From Escherichia phage LL11: a DNA stretch of 45,185 nt. Position numbers and translations under genes: made by a program. The stretch lies in sequence record NC_048064.1; one strand, written 5' to 3'. Positions 43,903-45,185 of the stretch are shown here, piece after piece. Position 1 is the stretch's first letter, and every line of letters begins with the position of its first letter. The notes beneath the pieces were generated by a model, which had not been told where the DNA came from, did not search any database, and saw only the letters and a list, made by a program, of their open reading frames with translations.

Positions 43903-44052
43903 ATGCCCTTAATCAAATCAGTTAAGCAAAGTGCTGTACGTCAGAACACAGAGGAACTTATTCAATCAGGACGTGACCCTAAGCAAGCCTATGCGATTGC
44001 CAAGGATGTACAACGTCGTGCCATGAAGAAACCTTCTGCATCTTCTGCGTAA
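43903..44052 (+). CDS. hypothetical small basic protein (49 aa)
   Basis: ATG 43903 with AGGAGG RBS; MPLIKSVKQSAVRQNTEELIQSGRDPKQAYAIAKDVQRRAMKKPSASSA. Confidence 0.35.
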   Translation: MPLIKSVKQSAVRQNTEELIQSGRDPKQAYAIAKDVQRRAMKKPSASSA

Positions 44053-44078
44053 GCAGGTTAATATCTTAGGAGGTAATT

Positions 44079-44540
44079 GTGGAAATTTGGAGGCCTATTG
44101 CTGGTATACCAGATTACATGGTTTCCTCCTTTGGTCGTGTTAGATCTCATAAAAGAGGTAAGGTTACTATACTAAACCCTCCGCACGACAAAGGAGGTTA
44201 TCGTAATGTTGTGCTACGTGCTAATGGTGAAAAGATAAATCGCAAGGTACATAGGCTTGTGGCAGAGGCTTTCTTACCTAATCCTCGCGGTCTACCTCAA
44301 GTAAATCACAAGGATGAAGTAAGAGACAATAATCATGTAAGTAATCTGGAGTGGTGTGATTGTGCATACAACGTAGATTACTCTCAAGCAGCTACTTATA
44401 TTGTGATGTGCCCTAAAGGTAATATATTAGTAGTAAGGAATGTGGCTAAGTTTTGTAGGGAAAACGGATTAAGCAGTGGTTCTTTTACAGATATGCTTAA
44501 GGGAAGACGTAAGCAACATAAGGGTTATCGCTTAGTGTAA
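44079..44540 (+). CDS. HNH homing endonuclease (paralog 3 of 3)
   Basis: GTG 44079 5 nt after AGGAGG; MEIWRPIAGIPDYMVSSFGRVRS, HRLVAEAF, NHKD...NNH..NLEW, C-terminal QHKGY; last gene before the terminal region. Confidence 0.8.
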   Translation: MEIWRPIAGIPDYMVSSFGRVRSHKRGKVTILNPPHDKGGYRNVVLRANGEKINRKVHRLVAEAFLPNPRGLPQVNHKDEVRDNNHVSNLEWCDCAYNVDYSQAATYIVMCPKGNILVVRNVAKFCRENGLSSGSFTDMLKGRRKQHKGYRLV

Positions 44541-44598
44541 TACTTAGTGAGAGAGCCATACATGCCAAGTGGAAAATTTGATATGTATATGCGTCAAG

Positions 44599-44640
44599 TG
44601 TCTCGCCCTCGCCCTCGCCGGGTTGTCCCCATAGGGTGGC
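44599..44640 (+). other. candidate genome left terminus / start of terminal repeat (TCTCGCCCTCGCCCTCGCC...)
   Basis: T7-type genomes begin TCTC...; three tandem CCCTCG units followed by GTCCCCATAGGGTGG, reminiscent of the T7 left-end CCCCCATAGGGGG; the window appears to span the end-to-end junction. Confidence 0.35.
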
Positions 44641-44822
44641 CTGAGGGAATCCGTCTTCGACGGGCAGGGCTGATGTACTCCTTGGATAGTACAAGGGAGG
44701 CCGAGGGAGCGCCTAGGACGGCCTAGGGAATGGCTTAGTGGTGGACAAGGTGATTACCTTAGTGAAGCCTCTTAGTGCATTCCTGAGGCTATTCAGGGCC
44801 ATTCCTGAGTGTTTGACAGGGT

Positions 44823-44850
44823 GGGGGAGGGGGGGGGGGAGGGGCGTGGG
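44823..44850 (+). repeat. G-rich tract with an 11-nt poly-G run
   Basis: GGGGGAGGGGGGGGGGGAGGGGCGTGGG in the terminal non-coding region. Confidence 0.8.
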
Positions 44851-44904
44851 CTATCTGTTCGTTTCGTTCACTCCGCTTGCGCTCCGTTCACTCGCTCACG
44901 TGTA

Positions 44905-45031
44905 CCTTAGGTTATTCCTTGATGGATAGCTTAGGTTAGCCTTAGTGGACTACCTTAGTTAAAGCCTTAGTGCTTAGCTTAGTATCAGCTTAGTAGTGTA
45001 CCTTAGTCAGACTTAGTGTCTTCTCTTAGTG
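44905..45031 (+). repeat. array of about 11 CTTAGT-type heptamer repeats in the terminal non-coding region
   Basis: CCTTAGG, GCTTAGG, CCTTAGTG, CCTTAGTT, CCTTAGTG, GCTTAGC, TTAGTA, CTTAGTAG, CCTTAGTC, ACTTAGTG, TCTTAGTG at irregular 8-13 bp spacing; further copies at 44757, 44769, 45174 and at 21, 57, 68; analogous to the CCTAAAG repeats at the T7 left end. Confidence 0.7.
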
Positions 45032-45185
45032 ATTGCACATGCAAGCATGTAAGATGCCATTAGGTCGCGGTCGGTAGACCGCTAAGAAGAGGTAATAGTA
45101 ATAAGATGCAGTAGGAGGAACACCAGAAACCTAGCCAACCTAGCCTATCCTAGCTCTGTATCTATTACTTTTCCTTAGTCTCACA

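Noticed and set aside
1-45185. tRNA genes, integrase, repressor, or other signs of temperate lifestyle
   Set aside because: No cloverleaf-like candidates or integrase/repressor-like ORFs noticed by eye; gene content is that of a strictly lytic T7-type phage. A tRNA scan would be the decisive check

Overview
The window reads as an essentially complete genome of a T7-supergroup podophage (Autographiviridae) of the SP6/K1-5 type, written in rotated form so that the terminal-repeat region sits at 44,560-45,185 and runs on into the left non-coding region at 1-330. All convincing genes are on the + strand; the minus-strand ORFs in the track look like antisense shadows. Gene order: left end with two host sigma70-type promoters, then small early genes including an Ocr-like DNA mimic, a single-subunit RNA polymerase (875 aa), a gp1.1-like peptide, an HNH endonuclease, primase/helicase, a second HNH endonuclease, DNA polymerase, an SSB-like acidic protein, exonuclease, endonuclease VII-type resolvase, metallophosphoesterase, DNA ligase and a GNAT acetyltransferase. 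The late region follows: portal, scaffold, major capsid, tail tube A and B, internal virion proteins A/B/C (B carries a lysozyme-like domain), tail-fibre adaptor, holin, terminase small and large subunits, two paralogous small proteins, an M15 peptidase endolysin, overlapping spanins, two beta-helix tailspikes and a third HNH endonuclease. About a dozen phage-RNAP promoters share the consensus ATTTACTGGACACTATAGAAGAG, and four rho-independent terminators are visible. I saw no tRNA, CRISPR array, integrase or transposase. The most unusual signals are a six-copy family of hairpin palindromes at gene boundaries, a conserved box that follows stop codons, an origin-like structured region between tandem promoters, a monocistronic acidic protein with a replication-protein-like C-terminal tail, and a heptamer-repeat plus poly-G terminal region. 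All homology statements are from reading the translations against remembered sequences, not from database searches.
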